This document shows positions 1-8,693 of a stretch of DNA of 64,000 nucleotides, in pieces. Origin of the DNA: an uncultured Candidatus Saccharibacteria bacterium (lineage in GTDB: Bacteria > Patescibacteriota > Saccharimonadia > UBA4664 > CAYXHD01); contig CAZPDI010000001.1 of NCBI GenBank assembly GCA_964585425.1, positions 4,804-68,803 of the forward strand. Direction: 5' to 3'. The stretch's first letter is position 1. Each line of letters starts with the position of its first letter. Under the pieces are notes generated by a model. The model saw nothing but the letters and a program-made list of their open reading frames with translations. It had not been told where the DNA came from and searched no databases. A program made the position numbers and the translations under genes.

Positions 1-2
1 AG

Positions 3-113
3 TGGAGCTCCAACATTAGGGGTATGATCACCTTTGCCGACAGTAGTGAAGTTGAGTCTAAGCTACCGGCGGTTAAGCAAATTATTACACAATGGCTTAG
101 TATACCTGCATGA
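3..113 (+). CDS. 3' end of an unidentified CDS entering from the left window edge (partial)
   Basis: Frame is open from the window edge (..GMITFADSSEVESKLPAVKQIITQWLSIPA) and ends at TGA 111-113. No recognisable motif. Confidence 0.3.
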   Translation, partial: WSSNIRGMITFADSSEVESKLPAVKQIITQWLSIPA

Positions 114-200
114 TAAACTTGTAATAGATAACATAAGGAGGGTGCGTATGGCTAAATACGTAGATGGATTTGTGCTCGTAGTACCCAAGGGCAAACGAGC

Positions 201-647
201 ATGAGTGATGCAGATATGCGCAAAGACATGACGGTAGAACAATACCTCCAATCGCTTGAGGACGAGTCGCTTCAGGCTGATACCAAGCAGCTCATGGGGA
301 TCATGCAGAAAATCAGTGGCGAACAGCCAATATTTTACGGCTACGGTACTATTGGTTATGGCATATACAAATACGAGTATACTAGCGGCCGTAGGGGCGA
401 AGCTCATACTCTGGCCTTCTATCCGCGCAAGGGCAAGATAACCATTTACCTTATGGACGGCACTAAACGCTACTCAGAGCTACTAGCAAAACTAGGCACA
501 CACACTACCACTGGTTACTGCATTTATCTTAAGCGATTAAGCGATATTGACTTAGAGGTTTTAGAAAAAATTCTGCAGGAATCATACAACCATATACGCG
601 AGTTATCGGCGGCCGGGCCCATAGATCACATCTTGTGGCAAAAATAA
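201..647 (+). CDS. DUF1801/YdhG-like domain protein
   Basis: 148 aa. The pattern TVEQYLQSL..GYGTIGYGIYKYEYTSGRRGE..AFYPRKGKITIYL..KLGTHTTTGYCIYLKRLSDIDLEVLE resembles the DUF1801 family as I remember it. Confidence 0.55.
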   Translation: MSDADMRKDMTVEQYLQSLEDESLQADTKQLMGIMQKISGEQPIFYGYGTIGYGIYKYEYTSGRRGEAHTLAFYPRKGKITIYLMDGTKRYSELLAKLGTHTTTGYCIYLKRLSDIDLEVLEKILQESYNHIRELSAAGPIDHILWQK

Positions 648-709
648 GAATCTACATCTTGCACAACAATAGTACTTATGGTAATCTCAAGCTATCAGAC
701 AGGTAAAAA

Positions 710-1390
710 ATGCCATCAAAAAAGAAAAAGACTCAATTTAAGAACATCAAAAAGGGCTGGCTCCCCAGTAGCCGTAAGGCCAGATTTACACTTATCGGCT
801 TATTCGCCTTAATAATTGCCGCTGTCGGTTACGTCGCTATTCGACAAAGTTTTGCCTACTCTGGCTATTTTGTGTACTACAACCAAAAAGACTACCGCTG
901 GGCCAATAAGCCTTACCCTTATATTCCTGGCACTCGAGATCAATCGGACATTGCTATGTCACGCAGCGGCTGTGGGCCAACGGCCATGGCCATGGTAGCC
1001 AGTAGCCTTAGCCGGAGCGCTTCACCGCCCGACGTAGCCCTGTGGTATGGTAAGCGGTTTCACACCAGCGATGGAACCTTGACTAGCGTATATCCAACGT
1101 TCGCTCGAGACTATGGCCTAAAGCAGGCGTATCTGGGTAACTTTGCTAATGGGCAGGGTCGTCAAGCCGTTCAAAATAGACTCAAGATAAGCCGCTCACT
1201 AGTAATCGTTCATGCTGGTCCGGGCCTCTTTACCAGGGGCGGACACATCATCGTGCTGCGCGACTACAACCCCAGGACAAAGCAATACTTAATAGCTGAC
1301 CCTAATAACTCCAACAATAATCGCTGGTTTAGTGATCTTGATCTTATTCGTAACGGAAATCTGAACTACGCCTACGGATTTACCCGCTAA
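710..1390 (+). CDS. Membrane-anchored C39-like cysteine peptidase domain protein
   Basis: 226 aa with a basic N-terminus and one TM helix. SGCGPTAMAMV is the catalytic Cys motif typical of Peptidase_C39_2-like domains. Confidence 0.55.
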   Translation: MPSKKKKTQFKNIKKGWLPSSRKARFTLIGLFALIIAAVGYVAIRQSFAYSGYFVYYNQKDYRWANKPYPYIPGTRDQSDIAMSRSGCGPTAMAMVASSLSRSASPPDVALWYGKRFHTSDGTLTSVYPTFARDYGLKQAYLGNFANGQGRQAVQNRLKISRSLVIVHAGPGLFTRGGHIIVLRDYNPRTKQYLIADPNNSNNNRWFSDLDLIRNGNLNYAYGFTR

Positions 1391-1402
1391 CAAGTCGAGC
1401 TG

Positions 1403-3034
1403 CTAATTATGCGGCATGTGGTCGTAGAGATGCTCCATGCCGTAAGAATGGCGCAGTAGCTTCTTGGTCTGATCGGTGGTGACGCCAATCTTTTTACCGG
1501 GATTCATGATGTTGTGCGGATCAAAGAGCTTTTTAACTTCTACGAATACCTTATACACATCCTGTCCATACAGGTCTTTAAGATAGGGCGCGCGACTCAA
1601 GCCGTCGTTATGTTCACCGCAGGTACTACCGCCAAGACTGATGACCATTTTGTAATACTCATCAGCTAGCTTAAGAACCTTGGTGCGATCTGTGGCTTTA
1701 CTAACATCCATAAAGGGCTGTAAGTGCAGATTAGCGTCGCCGGCATGCCCCCAAACCGCAATATCCAACTTATACTTTTTAAGAAGTTTGTAGGTCCCCT
1801 CTAGGAGCTTCTTAATATTATGGAGCGGCACCACGCCGTCTTCAATGATTGGTAAGGCTTTTTGTTTGCCTTTGTTCATCCAGATTACGGCAGCAGCCGA
1901 GTGACGTATGCGCCAGAGTTGCTGTTGCTCATCTTTTTTAACCGACATGCGGTGACTACGTGCATAGTTTTCGAGTATCCTAATAGCCCGATGAGCTTTG
2001 GTTTGACGCACAACGCTCGAATGATTATCGAACTCACACAACAAGACAATCTTGGGTGTTGGCGAAGGAACTAAACCACGGATCATACTGGGATGGTTCT
2101 TTTGTAAGAACTCCAACAGATTCTTATCGACAAACTCTAGAGCACTAGGCTCGAGCTTAATGAGTTTACGGCACGCCGCGGCCATATGGTCAAGATCATC
2201 AAAAAAGCCAACGAGCAGCGTAGTGTGCGGGTTATAGATAGGCACACTTAATTGAGCCTCGGTAACGATACCAAGCGTACCTTGCGAACCAACGATCATC
2301 GGCGTCAGGTCAAAACTACCGTACTTACCGCGAACGCCCCATAGGTTGTAACCGGCAGCATTTTTGCTGGTATGAGGACGAGCTTTATTAAGTAATGATT
2401 GGTTCTTGGCAATGAGCTCATCGAGCTCTCGGTAGATTTTACCCTCAAGGTTCTGTTGCTGCTTTTTACGAGCCAGTCCAAGCGGTGTAAGGCGTTTCGT
2501 AGTAATGATTTCGCCATTACTGAGCACCACCTGTAGGCTGCGTACATACTCGCGGGTTGATCCGTACTTAATCGTTTTTTCGCCACAAGCATTATTGCCA
2601 ATGGCCCCGCCAATACTACTAAAGTTAATGCTCGATGGATATGGAGGCATAAAGCGATGATGGCTATGAAGCACCCGCTGCAATGATGCATAGTGGACGC
2701 CCGGCTGAACAATCACCAGGTTCTTATCGATTTCTTTAATATGATGCATGTGGGCCGGGAACACCAGGCTCACCCCTTCGCCCAGAGCACCACCAGATTG
2801 ATCGGTGCCGCGGCCACGAGCTGTAATGCCAATGGTTTTGCGCTTACTGCGGGCTTCTTCGTCTAAAATCTTGACCACTTCGCTCACATCCTTGGTACTT
2901 GTAGGGTATACTACCGCCTGAGGTGTTTGGGTAAAAATACTACCATCAACGGCAAAGTAATCACGAATGTTTTGATCGGTAAAAATATCGGCCTTGGTGG
3001 CTTTTTCGATTTTAGTAATAAGTTCTTTGCGCAT
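1403..3034 (-). CDS. FAD-linked oxidase (GlcD / D-lactate dehydrogenase family)
   Basis: 543 aa with an FAD_binding_4-like N-terminal region (VVYPTSTKDVSEVVKI..GRGTDQSGGAL) and an FAD-oxidase C-terminal region (GGSTCGEHNDGLSRAPYL). Confidence 0.8.
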   Translation of the reverse strand: MRKELITKIEKATKADIFTDQNIRDYFAVDGSIFTQTPQAVVYPTSTKDVSEVVKILDEEARSKRKTIGITARGRGTDQSGGALGEGVSLVFPAHMHHIKEIDKNLVIVQPGVHYASLQRVLHSHHRFMPPYPSSINFSSIGGAIGNNACGEKTIKYGSTREYVRSLQVVLSNGEIITTKRLTPLGLARKKQQQNLEGKIYRELDELIAKNQSLLNKARPHTSKNAAGYNLWGVRGKYGSFDLTPMIVGSQGTLGIVTEAQLSVPIYNPHTTLLVGFFDDLDHMAAACRKLIKLEPSALEFVDKNLLEFLQKNHPSMIRGLVPSPTPKIVLLCEFDNHSSVVRQTKAHRAIRILENYARSHRMSVKKDEQQQLWRIRHSAAAVIWMNKGKQKALPIIEDGVVPLHNIKKLLEGTYKLLKKYKLDIAVWGHAGDANLHLQPFMDVSKATDRTKVLKLADEYYKMVISLGGSTCGEHNDGLSRAPYLKDLYGQDVYKVFVEVKKLFDPHNIMNPGKKIGVTTDQTKKLLRHSYGMEHLYDHMPHN

Positions 3035-3123
3035 ATGCTTATTGTAGCAATTTGGCGACTGTTATGCGACAGTTCAGGGGAACATTTATACGAAAAATCC
3101 TTTGGGATGATCCTTGTTCAAAA

Positions 3124-3193
3124 AAACACTTTTTTGCTTATTGCAACTTTGTGGCATTAAGGGGGTCTTATCGCAACTAATTCGCAATAAGCA
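3124..3193. promoter_or_regulatory. Dual-box operator-like module upstream of the FAD-oxidase gene, homologous to the znuA/zur intergenic module
   Basis: Box 1 is TTATTGCAActTTGTGGCATTA (3137-3158) and box 2 is TTATCGCAActAATTCGCAATAA (3167-3189). An 11-bp perfect inverted repeat TTGCTTATTGC (3133-3143) / GCAATAAGCAA (3183-3193) is also present. About 80% identical by eye to 60241-60304. Confidence 0.5.
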
Positions 3194-3279
3194 AACAAGC
3201 CGTTTTTTAGATAGAACCCCGCCCCAGCCCCTGGCTTAAAGGCAAAAGATATGCTAGAATCTGCTAGTTACCCAACCAC

Positions 3280-3365
3280 GCGCGAGTGGTGGAATGGTAG
3301 ACACGCTGGCTTCAGGTGCCAGTGGGGGCAACCCCGTGGAGGTTCAAGTCCTCTCTCGCGCACCA
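3280..3365 (+). tRNA. tRNA-Leu (anticodon CAG), class II with long variable arm, CCA encoded
   Basis: Acceptor stem GCGCGAG/CTCGCGC. Anticodon stem CTGGC/GCCAG with loop TTCAGGT. Variable arm GGGGGCAACCCCGT. T arm GGAGG-TTCAAGT-CCTCT. Discriminator A followed by CCA. Confidence 0.9.
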
Positions 3366-3380
3366 TTTATGAATATTTAG

Positions 3381-5117
3381 TTACATACGCGGGACTAATG
3401 TACTGCGGACCGTCCAGTTTTGAACATTATAAAATCGATCGGCGGCAGTTATGATCTCGCCATCACTAATGCCCTGCACCGTTTCCTCGGTTACATACAG
3501 GTAGTTTGGCGTATAGAGCATAACTGCCGGATCATCGGCACTCCACGTGTCTAGGAAGCTTTTAAGGCGTACTTTGCGTACATTTGGGTCAGTGGTGGCG
3601 CGCGCCGAAACCAGGGCTTTATCGGCCACCGGGCTACTGTATTGTGCAACGTTTAAACCAGGAGCCTTAGCCTGCGAGGAATGCCAGTAGGGATACGGAT
3701 CTAAATCGGCACCGGCATTGAGCCCATACAACAACATGTCGTAATTACGGGGCGTAATATAACTACGCTGCAAGCTGGCGACGTCCAGAACCTCAACATC
3801 CAAAGCAATACCAACAGCAGACAACTGCTTAGTAAGACGCTCGGCGACTGCTTGATAATCATCATTCTGGGCAGTCACCATACTCAAGGTGAGCTGCTTT
3901 CCGTCCTTAGTTCGCACCGAATCGCCACTTTGTGTCCAGCCAGCCGAATCCAACAACTTTTTGGCTTCCTGGATATTCTGTTTAGGTATTTTGTAATCAC
4001 CGGCAGCTGGCAGCTGACTCGTCAAAGCTGGCACAACCAGCGGCTTAGCCTGATCCTGCAAAATAGATGAAATAATTTCTTGACGATCAACGGCCGCAGC
4101 GATGGCTGATCGAACGTTAACGTCGCTCAAAATTGGACTCTGATTCCTCAAGAATAAGGCGACTTCCTCGGGGATCGAAAGGGCATGTAACGTGGTGCCG
4201 CGACCATAGCTGGACCCCGAAGTATTTGCCGAGCGCGCCATACCCATAACTTGATGCTTGCGGAAAGCCGATTGCAGCTCCGCCTGGGTGGCATAGACGC
4301 GCAATACGATACTGTCCAACTTGGGCTTACCACGGAAGTAGTTAGCATTGGCCTGCAAGGTAACTGAGCCGTTTTCGGTATCAAAGTTAGTCACCGCAAA
4401 GGGCCCGCTCCCCACCGGTACCTGGTTAAAGTCGGAGACCCGCAAATCAGCGGCGGCCGTAGTCTTGAGTATGTGTTCCGGCAAAATGCCCACGGTGGTT
4501 GAGTTTAAAAACGCGTCGTAACGTACCGGCAGCGTAACTACCACGGTTGTCGCATTAGGCGTAGCAACCTCAACGCCCTTCCAGGCCGAGGCCATTGGCG
4601 ATCGCGTATCCGGATTTTGAATACGATTAATGGTAAACGCCACGTCGGCCGACGTGACCGGCTGATCATCCTGCCACTTAGCATTGGGCTGGAGCACAAA
4701 CGTATAGGTTCGCCCATCAGGACTTACCGTCCAGGATTTAGCTAGGTCACCCTCAATTTCGGCCTTATGGTTATAGCGAGTCAGGCCAGAGAACACTAGT
4801 CGCGCAGCATCGGCATTGGCGCCGCTATCTGCCAGAATTGGGTTGATGGTAGTAATGCTACCGGTTATACCCTCGGTATAGGTGCCGCCCGGCTGGCCAG
4901 CTAAACGTAAATAAAAACTGCGTAGGGACCTGAGCTGCAAAAAGCTCACGATGCTAATAAGGGCCACGACGCTCAGCCACAACACCGTCACGCGGCGCAC
5001 CGGCTTATTGTTCTTCCAAGGCGTTACGCCCTCATGTTGAACCCGCTCCCAAAAATGTCGAATAGTAAGCGACAAGCGCTCTCTGGTTCTATGTAGGGAT
5101 CGTGGCGTTAGCCCCAT
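3381..5117 (-). CDS. ABC transporter substrate-binding protein, family 5 (peptide/nickel type), membrane-anchored
   Basis: 578 aa with an N-terminal TM anchor. SBP_bac_5-like signature: LAKSWTVSPDGRTYTFVLQPNAKWQDDQPVTSADVAFT. Confidence 0.8.
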   Translation of the reverse strand: MGLTPRSLHRTRERLSLTIRHFWERVQHEGVTPWKNNKPVRRVTVLWLSVVALISIVSFLQLRSLRSFYLRLAGQPGGTYTEGITGSITTINPILADSGANADAARLVFSGLTRYNHKAEIEGDLAKSWTVSPDGRTYTFVLQPNAKWQDDQPVTSADVAFTINRIQNPDTRSPMASAWKGVEVATPNATTVVVTLPVRYDAFLNSTTVGILPEHILKTTAAADLRVSDFNQVPVGSGPFAVTNFDTENGSVTLQANANYFRGKPKLDSIVLRVYATQAELQSAFRKHQVMGMARSANTSGSSYGRGTTLHALSIPEEVALFLRNQSPILSDVNVRSAIAAAVDRQEIISSILQDQAKPLVVPALTSQLPAAGDYKIPKQNIQEAKKLLDSAGWTQSGDSVRTKDGKQLTLSMVTAQNDDYQAVAERLTKQLSAVGIALDVEVLDVASLQRSYITPRNYDMLLYGLNAGADLDPYPYWHSSQAKAPGLNVAQYSSPVADKALVSARATTDPNVRKVRLKSFLDTWSADDPAVMLYTPNYLYVTEETVQGISDGEIITAADRFYNVQNWTVRSTLVPRM

Positions 5118-5136
5118 AACATATCCTATCCGTTAC

Positions 5137-5358
5137 TTACTTCTTAGCCAGTAGACCGAGAATCAGCGACAGCACAAACACGACACCGCTAATGATAGTG
5201 AGGTTAAATACTACCTTTTCGGCTCCTCGTTTGTTTCTAAAATTTCCTGAGCTGCCACCAAAGGCATCACCCAAGCCGCTGCTTTGTTGCTGGAGTAAAA
5301 TCATAATCGTCATGATTATGGCCGATATTACGGTAATAGTGTAAAAGAATGTTTTCAT
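5137..5358 (-). CDS. secG: Preprotein translocase subunit SecG
   Basis: 73 aa with two TM segments and the central motif LLQQQSSGLGDAFGGSS typical of SecG. Confidence 0.7.
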   Translation of the reverse strand: MKTFFYTITVISAIIMTIMILLQQQSSGLGDAFGGSSGNFRNKRGAEKVVFNLTIISGVVFVLSLILGLLAKK

Positions 5359-5720
5359 GCTGTTGCCTTCTCCGATCTGTCATCTAATAAATAATTGACG
5401 CCCCAAATAATAATAACTGCCATTATGGCTGAGCGTACCGAGGTAATGGTGAACTTGGGATATAAAAAGGTTACCAGGTAGAGCATCAAGGCGTTAATCA
5501 CCAGCATAAACAGGCCGAGCGTCACGGCGATGAGCGGCAAGGTAAGCACGACGATCAAGGGGCGCAACAAGGCATTCACGATACTGAAGATGAGTGCCGC
5601 CCAGATGAGCACGCGTAATCGACCAGTATAATCAATACCGCTTAGCAGTGTAGCAGCAGCCCACAACCCTAAAAAGTTGACGATCCAGCGGAGTATAAAG
5701 CTTTTTGCGATGTAACTCAT
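5355..5720 (-). CDS. DUF360 / holin-family-4-like small membrane protein
   Basis: 121 aa with four hydrophobic segments. IVNALLRPLIVVLTLPLIAVTLGLFMLVINAL matches the DUF360 pattern. The 4-nt overlap with secG suggests an operon. Confidence 0.55.
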   Translation of the reverse strand: MSYIAKSFILRWIVNFLGLWAAATLLSGIDYTGRLRVLIWAALIFSIVNALLRPLIVVLTLPLIAVTLGLFMLVINALMLYLVTFLYPKFTITSVRSAIMAVIIIWGVNYLLDDRSEKATA

Positions 5721-5728
5721 TTTGCATT

Positions 5729-7228
5729 CTATTTTAGCATATTGGCGTCTAAATAGCCACGGAGAGCCTTGGCTTTGGCGGGGCCAATAACCTCTGCCAA
5801 TTGCTCACGAGTGGCCTCTTGAACACCTCGACCAGACCCAAAAGCCTTGACCAATTTTTTGCGCGTGGCCGGCCCAATGCCCGGCGCATCATCAAGAATT
5901 GATTTGGTCGCCCGCTTGCCACGCAACAGACTATGATACGTCACCGCAAAACGATGAGCTTCATCGCGTACGCGCTGTAGTAATTGTAAAACGTGCGAGC
6001 TTTCGGGTAGCAAAATGACTTCGAAATCAACATTAGCGTACACCCAGGCCTCATCTTCGTAATGTCCACGCCTATCAATAGCTACATCAGCTGTTCGGCG
6101 ACGAATAATTTCTTCTTCACGCTTAGCCAATCCAATGGCCGGGATGGTGATGCCGAGCTCGTCGAGTACGCCCAAGGCGGCACCAAGTTGCCCCTTACCG
6201 CCATCGATAAGTAGTAAATCGGGCTTCGGCCACGCAGTCAGGTTCTTGGCGCTAAAGCGTCGTCGCATAACTTCGCGCATGTGCCCAAAATCATCATTAC
6301 CCTTAAGTTGCATTTTAAAGCGCCGATACTCATCTTTATGCGGCACGCCATCGGTAAACACCACCATACTAGCAACATTGTCGCTACCCTGCATATGCGA
6401 GATATCATAGGCCTCGATACGCCGCGGTGCGCCCTTGAGTTGCAACCTGTCGGCTAACCCCACGAGAGCTTGATCGTTACGCAGATCAAACGCTTCATTT
6501 TCGCCAAAGATCATCTGCTTTTTAAAGCTCAGGAGCAACTGGAGCTTGTCGCGCAGCTGACCGGCCGCTTCGAACTCCTTCTTTTTTGCGGCTCGATCCA
6601 TATCCTTTTTTACCTGATCAATCAGCTTGGTGTGTTCGCCACGAAGATATAACTTGAGCTGACGGACCGTGCGCGCATATTCCGCTGGTGTAATGGCGTT
6701 TTCTTCGGGCCCCGGGCATAAGCCAAGGTGGAACTGCAAACAACCGCGAGCCGGCATGGTGCTATGAGTAACATACGGAAAGGCTTTACGTAGTATTTTA
6801 AGTGCTTGCCGTACACTGTAGCCATCACTAAACGGTCCATAATAGCTAGCACCGTCATCCAGCGGACGACGAACGTAGCTCAATACTGGATATACATCCT
6901 TACTAAGCCGCACATATTGCCAATGTTTGTCATCGCGCAAATCGATATTAAACTTCGGCATGTAGCGTTTTATAAACTCACTCTCTAAAAAGAGTGCTTC
7001 GACTTCACTATCAACCGTTATCCAGTCTGTCATCGCAATGTTCTGCAGCAGAACCAACGTCTTAGGATCACGATCTTTGCGAGTCTGGAAGTATGAGCTG
7101 ACACGGTTCTTAAGATTGGCGGCCTTACCAATATAAATAATCTTGCCCTTGGCGTCTTTGTGGAAGTAGACACCTGGTTGTTGCGGCAAGGTTTTAAGCT
7201 TATCTTTAAGTTTTTGACTAATTTCCAT
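5729..7228 (-). CDS. uvrC: Excinuclease ABC subunit C (short form)
   Basis: 499 aa with a GIY-YIG N-terminus (GVYFHKDAKGKIIYIGKAANLKNRV), a UVR motif (EFEAAGQLRDKLQLL), an endonuclease domain and a C-terminal HhH. Confidence 0.9.
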   Translation of the reverse strand: MEISQKLKDKLKTLPQQPGVYFHKDAKGKIIYIGKAANLKNRVSSYFQTRKDRDPKTLVLLQNIAMTDWITVDSEVEALFLESEFIKRYMPKFNIDLRDDKHWQYVRLSKDVYPVLSYVRRPLDDGASYYGPFSDGYSVRQALKILRKAFPYVTHSTMPARGCLQFHLGLCPGPEENAITPAEYARTVRQLKLYLRGEHTKLIDQVKKDMDRAAKKKEFEAAGQLRDKLQLLLSFKKQMIFGENEAFDLRNDQALVGLADRLQLKGAPRRIEAYDISHMQGSDNVASMVVFTDGVPHKDEYRRFKMQLKGNDDFGHMREVMRRRFSAKNLTAWPKPDLLLIDGGKGQLGAALGVLDELGITIPAIGLAKREEEIIRRRTADVAIDRRGHYEDEAWVYANVDFEVILLPESSHVLQLLQRVRDEAHRFAVTYHSLLRGKRATKSILDDAPGIGPATRKKLVKAFGSGRGVQEATREQLAEVIGPAKAKALRGYLDANMLK

Positions 7229-7229
7229 A

Positions 7230-7258
7230 TTGCCTATTATAGCTCATTATGATGTAAT
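7230..7258 (+). promoter_or_regulatory. Candidate sigma70-type promoter for the tandem small-protein pair
   Basis: TTGCCT (7230-7235), a 17-nt spacer, then TGTAAT (7253-7258). Confidence 0.35.
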
Positions 7259-7320
7259 CTATGCATCCGTCGAAACAGGGTGCGACGCGAAGCACTTTCT
7301 TACATAATCATCCAGGGGGA

Positions 7321-7596
7321 ATGATGAGTATCTCTACGAGTCGAGAAAACGTCATTCGCAGCGTGGCGCAACATTCGGCCGCCGAGCTCGAGCTCAAGGT
7401 ACTCGATGGCGGCGTAGATCAGTCGGGTGTCACCACATATGTACTGAAAAAAGTCACACTCGTCACGCCAAGTCTAGAAGAAGAGGAGCTTCTACTGCTG
7501 CTTATTAATCAGCAGCTTCGATGCGGTCTGTTCGTTACTGAACTCAGAATCTGTTACCCCATGACCTCGATGGTCAAGTTCATCAGCCTCAACTAG
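7321..7596 (+). CDS. Small hypothetical protein, paralog A of a tandem pair
   Basis: The start was moved to ATG 7321, which follows the SD AGGGGGA; the track ORF starts at 7261. It shares RENVI..AAELE..DQSGVT..LLL..NQQLRCGLFVT..YP..MV with the next ORF. Confidence 0.5.
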   Translation: MMSISTSRENVIRSVAQHSAAELELKVLDGGVDQSGVTTYVLKKVTLVTPSLEEEELLLLLINQQLRCGLFVTELRICYPMTSMVKFISLN

Positions 7597-7615
7597 TATC
7601 CAGGAGGTATGACAT

Positions 7616-7885
7616 ATGCCCGTTCCTGAAAAACGCGAAAACCTGATCCATACAATGGCTATGAATCTGGCTGCCGAGCTAGAGGAGGCTGCCGAAAGCA
7701 AGGCGGACCGATCAGGCCTAACCAGGCACTTGCTTAAAGGTCCAATGCATCAACCGGCCAATAATGATGAACTCGTGCTATTGAGAGATTCACTCAATCG
7801 ACAACTCCAATATGGTCTTTACATCACCTGTATGTACACCCTCTATCCAAATGGCTACATGGTAGATGTGATTTGCGTAAATTAA
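7616..7885 (+). CDS. Small hypothetical protein, paralog B of a tandem pair
   Basis: 89 aa behind the SD AGGAGG. It shares RENLI..AAELE..DRSGLT..LVLL..NRQLQYGLYIT..YP..MV with the previous ORF. A T6 run at 7928-7933 follows a GC-rich segment. Confidence 0.55.
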   Translation: MPVPEKRENLIHTMAMNLAAELEEAAESKADRSGLTRHLLKGPMHQPANNDELVLLRDSLNRQLQYGLYITCMYTLYPNGYMVDVICVN

Positions 7886-8003
7886 CGCCCTACTGCGCGA
7901 GCCTCCGCCGCCTGGTGGGGCGCTCGTCTTTTTTACAACAGATTATTGGATTTCGTGCGTAGGATTTAAGATAATTTTAAGATTTATTCCTTATTCTTGA
8001 TAT

Positions 8004-8204
8004 GTGAATACACAATTACTAGACGCAATGAGAATCATTATCAGAGAAGAGCTTAAACCGTTTTACTTGAGACTGGATGAACACGACTACAAACTCGATG
8101 CCATACTTGAGGCTTGGCAAATTCAAAAACGACACCAAAGCAAACTCGAAGATCATGAACATCGTATACGGCATATTGAGCATCGACTACCCGCTATCAG
8201 GTAA
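8004..8204 (+). CDS. Small charged helical hypothetical protein
   Basis: 66 aa with a GTG start in the track; ATG at 8028 is an alternative. The sequence is His/Glu/Lys-rich and coiled-coil-like, and lies directly upstream of nadD. Confidence 0.3.
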   Translation: MNTQLLDAMRIIIREELKPFYLRLDEHDYKLDAILEAWQIQKRHQSKLEDHEHRIRHIEHRLPAIR

Positions 8205-8222
8205 TCTGCTAAACTAATAGAT

Positions 8223-8693
8223 GTGAAACGCATCGGACTACTCTTTGGCTCGTTTAACCCATTGCATAATGGACATCTATTATTATCTGACTCTGCGCAA
8301 AAAAGTACCGAGCTCGATGAGGTCTGGTTTATAGTACAGCCTCAGAACAGCTACAAGCCCATTACGGAGTTATTAGATTATGACACACGTAAAAATCTGA
8401 TTATTACATCCGGTTTATATCTTTTTGAGCCCAAGACGAAAAATTATGCTCATTATATTCTTGAGACACTTAAAGAGATTAAAGGCGCTGACCTGACGCT
8501 CATTCTTGGCGAAGACCTATCGGCAAGCTTCCCCTATTGGGAGGATTACCACGAGATCAAAGAGTTGGCACAAGTGTATGAATCACCGCGCCTGGACGAT
8601 ATCTCATCCGGACTGGTTCGTGATCGCTTACAGGCCGGCCAGCCTATTGACCATCTGGTTCCACGCTCAGTAGCCGATTACCTTCGGCCGTAA
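8223..8693 (+). CDS. nadD: Nicotinate/nicotinamide-nucleotide adenylyltransferase-like (cytidylyltransferase fold)
   Basis: 156 aa with a GTG start. [17 protein letters not shown] is the (H/T)xGH nucleotidyltransferase motif in NadD context. Confidence 0.65.
   Translation: MKRIGLLFGSFNPLHNGHLLLSDSAQKSTELDEVWFIVQPQNSYKPITELLDYDTRKNLIITSGLYLFEPKTKNYAHYILETLKEIKGADLTLILGEDLSASFPYWEDYHEIKELAQVYESPRLDDISSGLVRDRLQAGQPIDHLVPRSVADYLRP

Noticed and set aside
63-407. 114-aa minus-strand ORF at the left end of the window.
   Set aside because: It is antisense to the better-supported DUF1801-like gene and the SD-led short ORF. It has no start context and gives a hydrophobic, low-information translation.
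5355-5720. Holin-family annotation as a hint of a prophage.
   Set aside because: DUF360/holin-4-like proteins are common chromosomal membrane proteins. This gene overlaps secG in an operon, and no phage structural, lysis or integrase genes are nearby.
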